Below, in pieces: positions 12,231-24,740 of a stretch of 64,000 bases of DNA. Origin of the DNA: the human T2T-CHM13v2.0 reference genome, Homo sapiens; NCBI GenBank assembly GCA_009914755.4, contig CP086569.2, positions 11,168,001-11,232,000 of the forward strand, read 5' to 3'. Every line of letters begins with the position of its first letter. The stretch's first letter is position 1. The position numbers and the translations under genes were made by a program. A model generated the notes under the pieces. The model did not search any database. It saw nothing but the letters and a program-made list of their open reading frames with translations, and was not told the origin of the DNA.

Positions 12231-13583
12231 GCATTGCATTGCTTTTCACACCATTGCATTCCTTTGCATTGGAATGCATTGCATTGCATTCCATTCCATT
12301 CCACTCCATTCTATTCTATTCAATTCCATTCCACTCCATTCCATTAAATTCAACTCCACTCCACTCCACTAAACTCCACTCCACTCAATTCCATTCCATT
12401 GGTTTACCTTCCATTGCACTCCACTCCATTCCACTCCATTGCTCTCGACTCCAATTCACTGCACTCCATTCCAATCCATTCCACTCCTTTCTATTCCATT
12501 GCACTCGGATCCACTCCAATCCACTCCACTCCATTCCATTCCATTGCACTCCATTCCATCCATTCCACTCCGCTCCACTGCAACTCATTTCTCTCCAGTC
12601 CACTCCACTGCGTTGCATTCCACTCCAGTCCACTTCACTCCACTCCATTCCATTCCATTCCATTCCAATGCACTCCATTCCATTACATTCCACTTCACTC
12701 AATTCCATTCCATTCCATTCCATTCCAATGCACTCCATTCCATTAAATTCCACGCCACTCCACTTCACTACCCTCCACTCCATTCCATTTCATTCCATTG
12801 CAATCAAATCCACCCCACTCCATTCCACTCCATTGCTCTCCACTGCACTCCACTCCATTCCATTCCATTCCATTCCATTCCATTCCATTCCATTCCATTC
12901 CATTCCATTCCCCTCCATTCAACTCCATTCCATTTGATTCCACTCGAATCCACTCCACTCCACTCCACTACATTCCACTCCATTGCGCTACACTCCATTC
13001 CATTCCACTCCTCTCCACTCCACTCCAACCCATTCCACTCCAGTACACTCCACTGCATTCCATTTCACTCCACTCCACTCCATTCCACCACTCCACCCCA
13101 ATCCACTTTATTCCATTTGACTGCACTCCATTCCACTGCAACCCACTCCATTCCATTCCATTCCACTGCACTCCATTTCACTCCAATCCACTGCACTCAA
13201 CTCCATTCCACTCCACTCCACTCCCTTCCACTCCACTCCACTCAATTCCATTCCACTCCACTCCATTCCATTCAACTCCATTTCATTCCACTCCACTCCA
13301 CTCCACTAAATTCCACTGCATTCTATTCTACTCCAGTCAAATCTATTCCATTCTATTCCACTCCATTCCATTCCACTCCACTCCACTCCATTCCATTCCA
13401 CTCCATTCTATTTCACTTCATTCCATTCCAGTTCATTCCATTGCAGTCCACTCCACTCGCCTCCACTCCACTCACTCAATTCCACACCACTCTTCTCCAT
13501 TCCATTCCACTCCTCTCCCCTCCACTCTACTACACTCCACTCCACCCCACTTCATTCCATTCCGCTCCATTCCATTCCATTCC

Positions 13584-13660
13584 TTTCTTTCCACAGGATC
13601 TCTCTCAGTAACAAAAGCTGGAGTGCAGTGGCACAATTGCAACTCACATTTCATTTAACC
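13584..13660 (-). mobile_element. Alu 3'-end-derived spacer, subtype B
   Basis: B-type signature. Confidence 0.7.
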
Positions 13661-13860
13661 ATTCCATTGCATTCCATTCCATCCCATTCCATTCCACTCT
13701 ATTTCACTCAACTTTTCTCCACTCCATTCCATTCCACTCAATCCCATTCTGTTCTACTCCTTTCCACTCCACTCCTCTCAACTCCACTCCATTCCATTCC
13801 ACTGCATAACATGCCATTCGACTACATTCCACTCCACTCCACTCCACTCCAATCCACTCC

Positions 13861-13921
13861 ATTCCATTCCATTCCATTCCATTCCATTCCATTCCATTCC
13901 ATTCCATTCCATTCCATTCCA
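13861..13921 (+). repeat. Perfect (ATTCC)12 run
   Basis: read directly. It lies upstream of the A spacer at 13945. Confidence 0.9.
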
Positions 13922-13944
13922 TTTCACTCCATTGCATTCCATTC

Positions 13945-14025
13945 CTTTCTTTCAACACTATATCACTGTGTCACGCAGGCTTAAGTGCAGTGGCACAATC
14001 TCAGCTCACGTTACATGTCAGCATT
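13945..14025 (-). mobile_element. Alu 3'-end-derived spacer, subtype A
   Basis: A-type signature. Confidence 0.7.
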
Positions 14026-15469
14026 CCATTGCATTGCATTCTATTTCATTCCTTTCCATTCCATTCCATTTCATTCCATTCCATTCCACTGCACTCCACT
14101 CCATTCCATTCCATTCCACTGCACTCCACTCCATTCCACTCCATTCCATTCAATTTCTTTACATTCCATTCCACTCCACTCCAGTCCACTACACTCTATT
14201 CCATTCCATTCCACTCCACTCCACTCCACTACATTCAATTGAATTCCATTCCCCTGCACTCCACTCAATTTCATTCTATTCCACTCCATTTGATTACAGT
14301 CCACTCCACTCCATTCCACCCCACTCCACTCCATTCCATTCCTTCCCACTCCATTCCAGTCCACTCCATTCCATTCCATTCCATTCCATTCCAATGCATT
14401 CCATTCCACTCCATTCCAGTCCACTCCAGTCCACTCCACTCAACTCCATTTCATGCCGTTCTGCTGCACTCCATTCTATTTCACTCCACTGCATTCTATT
14501 CCATTCCATTCCACTCCATTGCATTCCACTCCTCTCCATTCCATTCCACTCCACTCCATTCCATTGCATTCCATTCCAGTCCACTCCACTGCACACGACT
14601 ACATTCCATTCAATTCCATTCTGCTCCACTGAACTCTAATCCATTCCATTGTAATTCATTCAATTCCACTCCACTCCAATCCACTCCAATCCATTCCACT
14701 CCATTCTACTCCATTCCATTCCTTTCCTCTCCATTGCATTCCACTTTATTCCATTCCACTGCATTCCACTCCATTCCACTGCTTCCCTTCCATTCCACTG
14801 CTTCCTCTCCATTCCATTCCATTCCATTCCATTCCATTCCATTCCATTCCATTCCATTCCACTCCACTTCATTCCACTCCATTCTATTCCATTCTACTAC
14901 ACTCCACACCACTCCACTCCATTTCACTCCATTTCAATCCATTCCACTCCATTCCATTCCCCTCCATTCCATTCCACTCTATTGCACTCCACTCAACTCC
15001 ACTCCATTCCACTGCTCTCCATTCCAATCCACTCCACTCCATTCCATTCCACTCTACTCCACTCCAGTCTACTCGACTCCACTCCATTCCACTCCATTCC
15101 ACTCCACTCAAGTCTACTCCATTCCATTACAATCCTCTCCATTCCATTCCACTCCACTCCTCTACACTCCATTCCACTCCTCTACACATTCCTTCTACTC
15201 CTCTCCACTCCCTTCCACTCTACTCCACTCCATTCCGTTCCATTCCACTCTACTCCAGTCCATTGCACTCCAATCCACTCCACTCCACTACACTCAATTC
15301 CACTCCAGTCCACTCCTTTCCACTCCTCTCCACTCCACTGCACTCCACTCCACTCCATTCCATTCCTTCCCATTCCATTCGACTCCATTCAACTCCACTG
15401 CACTACACTCCAGTCCACTCCATTCTAGTCCATTCCATTCCATTCCATTTCACTCCATTCTATTCCATT

Positions 15470-15560
15470 CCTTTCTTTCCACAGGATATCACTGGGTCAC
15501 TCAGACTGGAGTGCAGTGCCACAATCTCTCTTCACATTACATGTCAACTTTCCATTGCAT
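15470..15560 (-). mobile_element. Alu 3'-end-derived spacer, subtype A
   Basis: A-type signature, followed by a long (GCATT)-variant block. Confidence 0.7.
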
Positions 15561-15645
15561 TGCATTCTATTCCTTTGCATTGCATTACATTGTCTTGCTT
15601 TGCAGTGCTTTGCATTGCATTGAATTGCATTCCATTCCATTTGAT
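15555..15645 (+). repeat. (GCATT)-variant block following an A-type spacer
   Basis: CCATTGCATTGCATTCTATTCCTTTGCATTGCATTACATTGTCTTGCTTTGCAGTGCTTTGCATTGCATTGAATTGCATTCC. Confidence 0.8.
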
Positions 15646-16167
15646 TCCTTTTATTTCCACTACCCTCCATTCCACTCCATTCGATGCCACACCACTCCAT
15701 TTCATTCCATTCCCCTCCAGTCCATTCCATTCCTCCCCACTCCACTACACTATACCCCAGTCCACTCCATTCCATTCAACTCCACTCCATTTCGTTTCAC
15801 TCAACTCCATTCCATTCCATTCCATTCCATTCCACTTCAGTCCACTCCAATGCTTTCCGTTCCCCTCCGTTCCACTCCATTCCAGTCCACCCCACTCCAC
15901 TCCACTCTATTCCATTCCATTCCACACCACTCCACTCCATTGCAATCCACTCCACTGCACTAAATTTTGCTCCACTCCACTCCACTCAACTCCATTACAA
16001 TACACTCCACTTCACTCCACTCCAATTCCACTGCACTACACTCCATTCCATTCCACTCTGTTCCACTCCATTCCACTCCAGTCCACTCCATCCTTTTGCA
16101 TTCCACTCCATTGCACTCCACACCTCTCTACTACACTCAGTTCCATTCGAATCAATTCCATTCCGCT

Positions 16168-16250
16168 CCTTTCTTTCCAAATTAACTCTCTCTGTCACAA
16201 AAGCTGAAGTGCACTGGCACAGTCTCAGTTAACATTTCTTTTCACCATTC
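16168..16250 (-). mobile_element. Alu 3'-end-derived spacer, subtype B
   Basis: B-type signature (variant). Confidence 0.6.
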
Positions 16251-16450
16251 CATTGCATTCTATTCCTCAAATTCCATTCCACTCTATTTCACTCCACTCC
16301 ACTCCATTACATTCCACTCCATTCCATTCCATTCGACTCCTTTCCACTCCTCTTCACTTCATTCTACCCCACTCCACTCCAAAACACTCCATTCCATTCC
16401 ATTCCATTCCATTCCATTCCATTTCATTTCATTCCATTGCAATCTGTCAA

Positions 16451-16540
16451 TTTCTTTCGACAGGATGTCACTGTGTCACCCAGGCTGCAGTACAGGTGCA
16501 CAATCTCAGCTCACATTACATGTCTACTTTCCATTGCATT
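16451..16540 (-). mobile_element. Alu 3'-end-derived spacer, subtype A
   Basis: A-type signature. Confidence 0.7.
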
Positions 16541-17225
16541 GCATTGTATTCCATTCCATTAGATTCCATTGCATTCCTTTCCACTCCACTGAACTCCACC
16601 CCACTCCACTCCATTCCATTCCACTCCATTCCACGCCATGCCATTCCATTCCAATCCACTCCACTGCATTCCACTCCACTCCACTGCAGGACACTCCAGT
16701 CCACTCCTCTCCATTCCATTCCACTCCACTCCACTCCATTCAACTCCACTCCATTCCATTTTATTTCACTCCATTCCACTCCTCTCCACTGCATTCCATT
16801 CCATTCTACTCCACACCAGTCCACTCCACTCCACTCCATTCCACTCCACACCACCCCATTCCAATCTATTCCATTCCAGTCCACTCCTCTGCATTCCCTT
16901 CCTCTCCATTCCACTCCATTCCAGCCCATTCCTCTCTACTCCACACTACTAAAGTCCATTCCATTCCACTCCACTCCACTCCACTCCACTCCATTCCAGT
17001 CCATTCCTCTCCACTCCACTCCTTTCCACTCCACTTCACTCCATTCCACTCCTCTACACTCCATTGCATTCCACTCCATTCCATTCCATTCCACTCCACT
17101 CCACTCCATTCCACTCCTCCCCACTGCATTCCACTCCAATCCACTTCATTCCAATCCACTCCATTCCACTCCACTCTACTCCATTCCTTTCCATTCTGCT
17201 CCATTTTACTCCACTGCGTTCCATT

Positions 17226-17320
17226 CCTTTGTTTTCATAGTATATCACTTTGTCACCCTGACTGAAGTGCAGTGGCACTATCTCAGCTCACATTACATGT
17301 CAACTTCCCTTTGCATTTCA
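17226..17320 (-). mobile_element. Alu 3'-end-derived spacer, subtype A
   Basis: A-type signature (variant, ...GTCACCCTGACTGAAGTGCAGTGGCACTATCTCAGCTCACATTACATGTCAAC). Confidence 0.65.
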
Positions 17321-18388
17321 TTCTATTCCATTCCACTCCATTCCATTCCATTCTATTCCATTCCATTCCACTCTCCACTCCATTCCATTCCAATCCACTG
17401 CACTCCACTCCACTCGACTCTACTCCACAAAACTCCACTCCATTCCACTCCATTCCACTCCACTTCACTCCACTCCACTCCATTCCACTCCATTCTTCTC
17501 CATGCCATTCCATTGCATTCCACTCCACTCTATTCCATGCCACTCCACTCCATTCCAATCCATTCCACTCCACTCCATTTCATTCAAACCCACTCCACTC
17601 CACTCCACCTCACTCAATTCCACTCCACTCTTCTGCATTCCACTCCACTACACTCCATTCCATTCTATTCCACTCCATTCCTCTCCATTGCCCTCCATTC
17701 CTCACCACTCTACTCCAATCCACTCCACTCCACTTCACTCCAATCCATTCCATTCCATTCCATTCCATTCCATTCCATTCCATTCCATTCCATTCCATTC
17801 CCTTCAATTGCATTCTGGGCCATTTCATTCTATTCCACTCCACTCCGTTCCACTCCTCTGCACTCCATTCCACTCGAGTGCACTCGAACCCAATGAATTC
17901 CACTTCACTCCACTCCACTTCTTTCCATTCGACTCCACCCAACTCCATTCCTTTCTATTCCACTGCAATCCATTCGACTCCAATCCACTTCACTCCACTG
18001 CAGTCCTCCCCACTCCACTCCATTCCACTCCACTCCCTTCCACTCCACTCCATACCATTCCACTCCACTCCATTCTATTCCACTCCACCCCACTCCACTC
18101 CTCTCCACTCCATTCCATTCCACTCCACAGCACTCCAGTCCAACCTATTCCACTCTATTCCATTCCACTCCACTCCACTTCATACCAATCTACTCCACTC
18201 CATTCTACTCCATTCCATTCCATTACACACCTTTCCATTCCTTTCCATTCCACTCCATTCCATTCCTTTCCACTCCATTCTGCTCCGTTTCAATCCATTA
18301 GACTCCATTCTTTCCATTCCACTCCATTCCCCTACATTCCACTCCACTCTGCTCCACGCTATTCCATTCCACTCCATTCCATTCCAGT

Positions 18389-18465
18389 TCTTTCTTTCCA
18401 CAGGATCTCTCTCGCTCACAAAGGCTGGAGTGCAGTGGAACAATCTCTGCTCACATTTCTTTGTA
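18389..18465 (-). mobile_element. Alu 3'-end-derived spacer, subtype B
   Basis: B-type signature. Confidence 0.7.
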
Positions 18466-18649
18466 GCATTTCCTTGCATTCCATTCCATCCCATTCCATT
18501 CCACTCTATTTCACTCCATTCCACTCCACTCTCTTCCATTTCACTCAATCCCGTTCCATTCTACATTCAACTCCACTCCACTCCACTCCACTCCATTCCA
18601 TTCTATTCCATTCCATTTCACTACATTTCACTCCATTACATTCCATTCC

Positions 18650-18745
18650 CTTCTTTTGAAAGGATATCACTGTGTCAATCATGCTCGAGTGCAGTGGCAC
18701 AATCTCAGTTCACATTACATGTAACTTTCCTTTGCCTTGCATTGT
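18650..18745 (-). mobile_element. Alu 3'-end-derived spacer, subtype A
   Basis: A-type signature, followed by a (GCATT)n micro-array. Confidence 0.7.
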
Positions 18746-18800
18746 ATTCCAATGCATTGCATTGCATTACATTGCATTGCATTGAATTGCATTGCATTGC
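18741..18800 (+). repeat. (GCATT)n micro-array following an A-type spacer
   Basis: GCATTGCATTGCATTACATTGCATTGCATTGAATTGCATTGCATTGCATTCC. Confidence 0.85.
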
Positions 18801-19280
18801 ATTCCTATCCATTCCTTTCCATTCTATTGCATTACCCTCTACTCCACTCCACTCCACTCCAATACATTCCACTCCAGTCCACTCCATTCCTTTACTGTCC
18901 ACTCCACTGCTTTCCATTCCATCTTATTGCATTCCAATCCTTTCCACTTTACTCCACTCCGCTCAACTCCACTCCACTCCACGGCAGTCCATTCCACTCC
19001 ACTGCACTCCATTTCATTCTAATCCACTCCACTCCTTTCCATTCCATTCCTTTCCATTCCATTCCATTCTATTCCATTCCATTCCATTCCATTCCATTCC
19101 ACTCCACTCCACTCCAGTTAATTCCATTGCAACCCACTCTATTCCTTTCCAGTCCACTGCACTCCTTTCCATTCCATTCTGTTGCACTAAACTACAATGC
19201 ACTCCACTGCACTCAATTCCTTTGTACTCCATTCCAATCCATTCCATTCCATTCCATTGCAATCCCTTCCATTCCACTGC

Positions 19281-19355
19281 TTTCTTTTGACAAGATCTCC
19301 CTCGTTCACACTGGCTGTAATGTAATGGCACAATCTCAGCACACTTTTTTTCAGC
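19281..19355 (-). mobile_element. Alu 3'-end-derived spacer, subtype D
   Basis: D-type signature (variant). Confidence 0.6.
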
Positions 19356-19713
19356 ATTCCATACCATTCCATTCCATTCCACTCGACTCCTCTCCACTCC
19401 ACTCCTCTCCACTCCACTCCATTCCATTCCACTCCATCCCATTCCATTCGACTCCATTCTACTTCACTCCACTACTCTCCACTCCTCTCCACTCCATTCA
19501 ATTCCTTTCCATTCAACTCCACTCCACTCCACTCCATTCCACTCCACTCGAATCCACTTGACTACACTTCAATCCACTCCACTCCAATCCATTCCATTCC
19601 ACTCCAATCTATTCCACTCCACTCCATTCCACTCCACTCCATTCCACTCCACTGCACTCCACTGGACTCCATTCCACTCCATTCCATTCTATTCCACTCC
19701 ATTCCATTCCATT

Positions 19714-19790
19714 CCTTTCTTTCCACAGGATCTAACTCTGTCACAAAGGCTGGAGTGCAGTGGCACAATATCAGCACACATTTTTTAAAC
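19714..19790 (-). mobile_element. Alu 3'-end-derived spacer, subtype B
   Basis: B-type signature. Confidence 0.7.
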
Positions 19791-19977
19791 ATTCCATTGC
19801 ATTCCATTCCATCCCATTCCATTCCACTCTATTTCCCTCAACTACTCTCCACTCCATTCCATTCCACTCTATCCCATTGTGTTCAACTCTATTCCACTCC
19901 ATTTCACTCCACTCCACTCCATTCCATTCCATTCTATTCCATTCCATTCCATTCCATTACACCCCATTGTGTTCCAT

Positions 19978-20070
19978 TCCTTTCTTTCCTCAGGATATCA
20001 CCGTGTCACCCAGGCTGGAGTTCAGTGGCACAATCTCAGTTCACATTACATGTCAACTTTCCATTGCATT
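19978..20070 (-). mobile_element. Alu 3'-end-derived spacer, subtype A
   Basis: A-type signature. Confidence 0.7.
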
Positions 20071-20395
20071 CCATTCTATTCCATTGCATTCCATTGCATT
20101 CCATTCCATTTCATTTCGTTCCATTGTATTCCATTCGAAGTCATTCCATTCCACTCCGTTCCACTCCACTCCACTTCACTCCATTACATCCGATTCCATT
20201 CCACTCCATTCCACTCTTCTCCACTCCACTGCTCTCCATTCCACTCCATTCCACTCCATCCTCTTCCGTTCGGCTGCTTTCCACTGCACTCCACTCCACC
20301 TCACTCCACTCCACTTCATTCCATTCCTTTCCATCCCATTGTATTCCTATCCATTCCACTTCACTCCACTTCACTCCACTCCACTCCAGTCTACT

Positions 20396-20470
20396 CCATT
20401 CCATTCCATTCCATTCCATTCCATTCCATTCCATTCCATTCCATTCCATTCCATTCCATTCCATTCCATT
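20396..20470 (+). repeat. Perfect (CCATT)15 run
   Basis: read directly. It abuts the poly-T side of the C3 spacer at 20491. Confidence 0.9.
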
Positions 20471-20490
20471 CCACTGCATTCCATTCCATT

Positions 20491-20570
20491 CCTTTCTGTT
20501 GAGAGTATCTCACTCTGTCACCCAGCCTTGAGCACAGTGGCACAGTCTCAGCTCACATTTAATTTCACCT
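20491..20570 (-). mobile_element. Alu 3'-end-derived spacer, subtype C3
   Basis: GAGAGTATCTCACTCTGTCACCCAGCCTTGAGCACAGTGGCACAGTCTCAGCTCACATTTAATTTCACC. Confidence 0.7.
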
Positions 20571-20778
20571 CTCCATTCCATTCCATTCCACTCCACTCAA
20601 CTCCACTCCACTCCAATCCATTCCACTCCACTCCTCTCCACTCCATTCCAGTCCACTCGACTCCTTTCTATTCCATCCCATTCCATTATTCTCCTTTCCA
20701 CTCCTCTCCGCTCCAATCAATTCCATTACATTCTACTCCATTCCATGCCATTCTACTCCATTCCATTCCATTCCATTC

Positions 20779-20860
20779 CTTTCTTTTGACAGGATCTCAC
20801 TCTATCACCCAGGCTGGTGTGCAGTGGCACAGTCTCAACTCACATTTCATTTCACTATTC
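20779..20860 (-). mobile_element. Alu 3'-end-derived spacer, subtype C1
   Basis: C1-type signature. Confidence 0.7.
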
Positions 20861-21149
20861 CATTCCATTCCATTCCTTTTCATTCCATTCCATTCTACTG
20901 CACTGCACTCCAACCCACTCAATTTCACTCCACTCTCCTCCACTCCACTCCACTCCATTCCACTCCTCTCCACTCACCTCCACTCCACTCCAATCCACTC
21001 CATTCCTCTCCACTCCATTCCACTTTACTTCACCCCACCCCATTTCACTCCACTCCACTCTACTCTACTCCACTGAACTCCATTCCTCTCCACTCCATTC
21101 TATTCTATTCCATTCCATTCCATTCCATTCCATTCCATTCCATTCCATT

Positions 21150-21230
21150 CCTTTCTTTCTACAGGATCTCACTCTGTCACAAAGCCTGGAGTGCACTGGC
21201 ATAATCTCAGCTCACATTTCTTTTCACCAT
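21150..21230 (-). mobile_element. Alu 3'-end-derived spacer, subtype B
   Basis: B-type signature. Confidence 0.7.
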
Positions 21231-21256
21231 TCCATTGCAATAAATTCCATTCCGTT

Positions 21257-21340
21257 CCTTTCTTTCTACAGGATCTCACCTTTCACAAAGACTGGAATGA
21301 ACTCTGACAATCTCAGCTCACACTAATTTTCACCATTCCA
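21257..21340 (-). mobile_element. Alu 3'-end-derived spacer, degenerate B-like copy
   Basis: T-rich tract + ACAGGATCTCACCTTTCACAAAGACTGGAATGAACTCTGACAATCTCAGCTCACACTAATTTTCACC. Lies only ~107 bp after the previous B copy. Confidence 0.5.
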
Positions 21341-21475
21341 TCTCATTGCATTCCACTCTATTTCACTCCACTCTACTCTGTTCCACTACATTCCATTCCA
21401 TTCCACTCCAATCCAATACTTTCTACTCCACTCCACTCCCCTCCATTCCATTCCATTCCACTCCATACCATTCCA

Positions 21476-21565
21476 TTCCTTTATTTTGACAGGATCTCAC
21501 TCTGTCACCCAGGCTGGAGTGCAGTGGCACAACCTCCGCTCACGTTTTATTTCATCATTCCATTC
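21476..21565 (-). mobile_element. Alu 3'-end-derived spacer, subtype C2/C1
   Basis: TTTATTTTGACAGGATCTCACTCTGTCACCCAGGCTGGAGTGCAGTGGCACAACCTCCGCTCACG. Confidence 0.7.
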
Positions 21566-21944
21566 CGTTCCATTCCACTGCACTTCACCCTACTCCAATC
21601 AATTTTACTCCACTCCACTCCAAACCATTCCGTTCCATTCCATTCCACTCCACTCCACTCCATTCAACTAACTCAACTGCACTTCACTCCATCGCATTCC
21701 ACTAAACTCCATTCCACCACACTCGACTCCAGTCCCCTCTGCTCCACTCCACTACACTCCATTACATTTTACTCCACTCCACTGCATTCGACTCCACTCC
21801 ACTCCATTCCAATCTGCTCCGCTCCACTCCACTCCACTCCTCTCCACTCCACTCCATTCCATTCCATTCCATTCCATTCCATTCCATTCCATTCCATTCC
21901 ATTCCAATCCATTCCATTCCATTACACCCCATTGTGTTCCATTC

Positions 21945-22035
21945 CTTTCTTTCAGCAGGATATCACTGTGTCACGCAGTCTGGAGTGCAGTGGCACAATC
22001 TCAGTTCACATTACATGTCAACTTTCCATTGCATT
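21945..22035 (-). mobile_element. Alu 3'-end-derived spacer, subtype A
   Basis: A-type signature. Confidence 0.7.
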
Positions 22036-22275
22036 CCATTCCATTCCATTCCATTCCACTCCACTCAACTCCACTCCACTCCAATCCATTCCACTCCACT
22101 CCTTTCTACTCCATTCCAGTCCACTCGACTCCTTTCTATTCCATCCCATTCCATTATTCTCCTTTCCACTCCTCTACGCTCCAATCAATTCCATTCCATT
22201 CTACTCCACTCCATGGCATTCTACTCCATTCCATTCCATTCCATTCCATTCCATTCCATTCCATTCCATTCCATT

Positions 22276-22355
22276 CCTTTCTTTTGACAGGATCTCACTC
22301 TATCACCCGGGCTGGTGTGCAGTGGCACAGTCTCAACTCACATTTCATTTCACTA
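22276..22355 (-). mobile_element. Alu 3'-end-derived spacer, subtype C1
   Basis: C1-type signature. Near-identical to the copy at 20779. Confidence 0.7.
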
Positions 22356-22632
22356 TTCCATTCCATTCCTTTTCATTCCATTCCATTCTACTGCACTCCA
22401 CTCCACCCCACTCAATTTCACTCCACTCTTCTCCTCTCCACTCCACTCCATTCCAATCTGCTCCCCTCCACTCCACTCCATTCCACTCCATTCCATTCCA
22501 TTCCACTCCATTCCATTCCATTCCACTCCATTCCATTCCATTCCATTCCATTCCATTCCATTCCATTCCATTCCATTCCACTCCATTCCATTCCATTCCA
22601 TTCCATTCCATTCCATTCCATTCCATTCCATT

Positions 22633-22710
22633 CCTTTCTTTCCACAGGATCTCACTCCGTCAAAAAGGCTGGAAATCAGTGATACAATATCAGCTCACAT
22701 TTCTTTCACC
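22633..22710 (-). mobile_element. Alu 3'-end-derived spacer, subtype B
   Basis: B-type signature (variant). Confidence 0.6.
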
Positions 22711-22950
22711 ATTCCATTGTTATCCATTCCATCCCATTCTTTCCACTATATTTCACTCACCTCCACTCCACTCCGTACCATTCCTTTGCATCCCGTTCCA
22801 TTCGACCCCAGTACACTACACTCCAGTTCACTCCATTCCATTCCTTTCCTTTCCATTCCATTCCATTCCATTCCATTCCATTCCATTCCATTCCATTCCA
22901 TTACATTCCATTCCATTACATTCCATTATTTCACACCATTGCCTTCCAAT

Positions 22951-23040
22951 CCTTTCTTTCAACGGGATGTCACGGTGTCCCCCAGGCTGGAGTGCAGTGG
23001 CACAATCTCAGCTCGCATTACATGTCAACTTTCCATTGCA
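22951..23040 (-). mobile_element. Alu 3'-end-derived spacer, subtype A
   Basis: A-type signature. Confidence 0.7.
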
Positions 23041-23342
23041 TTACATTCTGTTCCATTGCATTCCATTGCATTCCATTCCATTCCATTCCATTCCAGTGCA
23101 ATCCATTCGATTCTATCTCCTTCCTTTTCATTCAATTCCATTACTTTCCACTCCTTTCCACTCCACTCCTTTACATTACATGCGATTCCATTCCACTCCA
23201 TTCCACTCCCCCGCACTCCACTTCACTCCATTCCACTACATCCCATTCCATTCCACTCCATTCCACTGCAATCCACTCCACCTCTCTCCACTTCACTTCT
23301 TTCCATTTCATCCCATTCCATTCCAATCCCTTCCATTCCACT

Positions 23343-23420
23343 CCTTTCTTTCGACAGGATCTATCACTGTCACACAGGCTGTAGTGTACTGGCACAATCT
23401 CAACACACATTTCTTTTCAA
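23343..23420 (-). mobile_element. Alu 3'-end-derived spacer, subtype D
   Basis: D-type signature. Confidence 0.65.
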
Positions 23421-23555
23421 CATTCCATCAGATTCCGTTACACTGCACTCCACTCCACTCCACTCCAGGACACTCCACTCCACTCCACTCAATTCCATTT
23501 CACTCCTCTCTACTCCACTCATTCCACTCCACTTGACTCTCCTCCAACTCATTCC

Positions 23556-23600
23556 ACTCCACTCCACTCCACTCCACTCCACTCCACTCCACTCCATTCC
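23556..23600 (+). repeat. (ACTCC)8 homogeneous variant-pentamer run
   Basis: CCACTCCACTCCACTCCACTCCACTCCACTCCACTCC. Confidence 0.85.
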
Positions 23601-23708
23601 ACTACTTCCCATTCCATTCCTCTCCATTCCACTCCACTCCACTTCAGTCCCTTCCACTCACCTCCAGTCCCTGCCATTCCTTTCCATTCCACTGCATTCC
23701 ATTCCATT

Positions 23709-23790
23709 CTTTTTTTCGAGAGTATCTCACTCTGTCACCCAGCGTGGTGTGCAGTGACTTAATCTCAGCTCACATTTCATTTCACCATTC
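23709..23790 (-). mobile_element. Alu 3'-end-derived spacer, subtype C3
   Basis: C3-type signature. Confidence 0.65.
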
Positions 23791-23994
23791 CATTCCATTC
23801 CATTCCATTCCATTCCTTTCCACTCCTCCCCAATCCACTCTTCTCCAGTCCAATCCATTCCACTCCACTCCATTCCTGTCCACTCCACTTCTGTCCATTC
23901 TATCCCATTCCGTTCCCCTCTTTTCCACTCCACACCACTCCAGTCAACTCTACTCAACTCCACTCCTTTCCATTCCACTCTATTCCATTCCATT

Positions 23995-24075
23995 GCTTTC
24001 TTTGTGAGTATCTCACACTGTCACCCAGGCTGGTGTTCAGTGACACAATCTCAGCTCACATTTCAATTCACCATT
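23995..24075 (-). mobile_element. Alu 3'-end-derived spacer, subtype C3
   Basis: C3-type signature. Confidence 0.65.
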
Positions 24076-24221
24076 CCATGACATTCCTTTCCATTCCATT
24101 CCATTCAATTCCATTCCATTCCTTTCCATTCCACTGCACTCCAATCCACTCCATTCAATGCCACTCCATGGCACTCAAGGCCATTCCATTCCATTATATT
24201 CCAATTCCTTCTCTTCTACTC

Positions 24222-24300
24222 CTTTCTTTTGACAGGATCTCCCTTTGTCCCACTGGGTGTACAGTAGTTGCACTATCTCATCACACATTATTTTCACCAT
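24222..24300 (-). mobile_element. Alu 3'-end-derived spacer, degenerate D-like
   Basis: TTTTGACAGGATCTCCCTTTGTCCCACTGGGTGTACAGTAGTTGCACTATCTCATCACACATTATTTTCACC. Confidence 0.5.
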
Positions 24301-24654
24301 TCTATTGCTTTGCGTTCTGTTCCGTTCCCTTATGTTCCGTATTGTTCCACTCTGTTCCACTCCACTCCCTTCCACTCCACTCCATTCAACTCCACTCCAC
24401 TCCTCTCCACTCCACTCCACTCCACTCCATTCCACTAAACACCACTCCACTCCAACCCACTACATTCCACTCCATTCCATTCCACTTATTTCCACTGCAC
24501 TCCACTCCACTCCATTCCACTCCCCTCCAGTCCATTCCACTATACTTCACTCCATTCCTCTCCACTCCATTTTACTCCACTGCATTCCACTTCACTCCAC
24601 TCCACTCCACTCCACTCCATTCCATTCCATTCCATTCCACTCCATTCCATTCCA

Positions 24655-24740
24655 TTCCTTTCTTTCCACACAATGTCACTCTGTCACAAAGGCTGTAGTG
24701 CATTGGCACAATCTTAGCTTCCATTTATTTACACCATTCC
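24655..24740 (-). mobile_element. Alu 3'-end-derived spacer, subtype B
   Basis: B-type signature. Confidence 0.65.
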
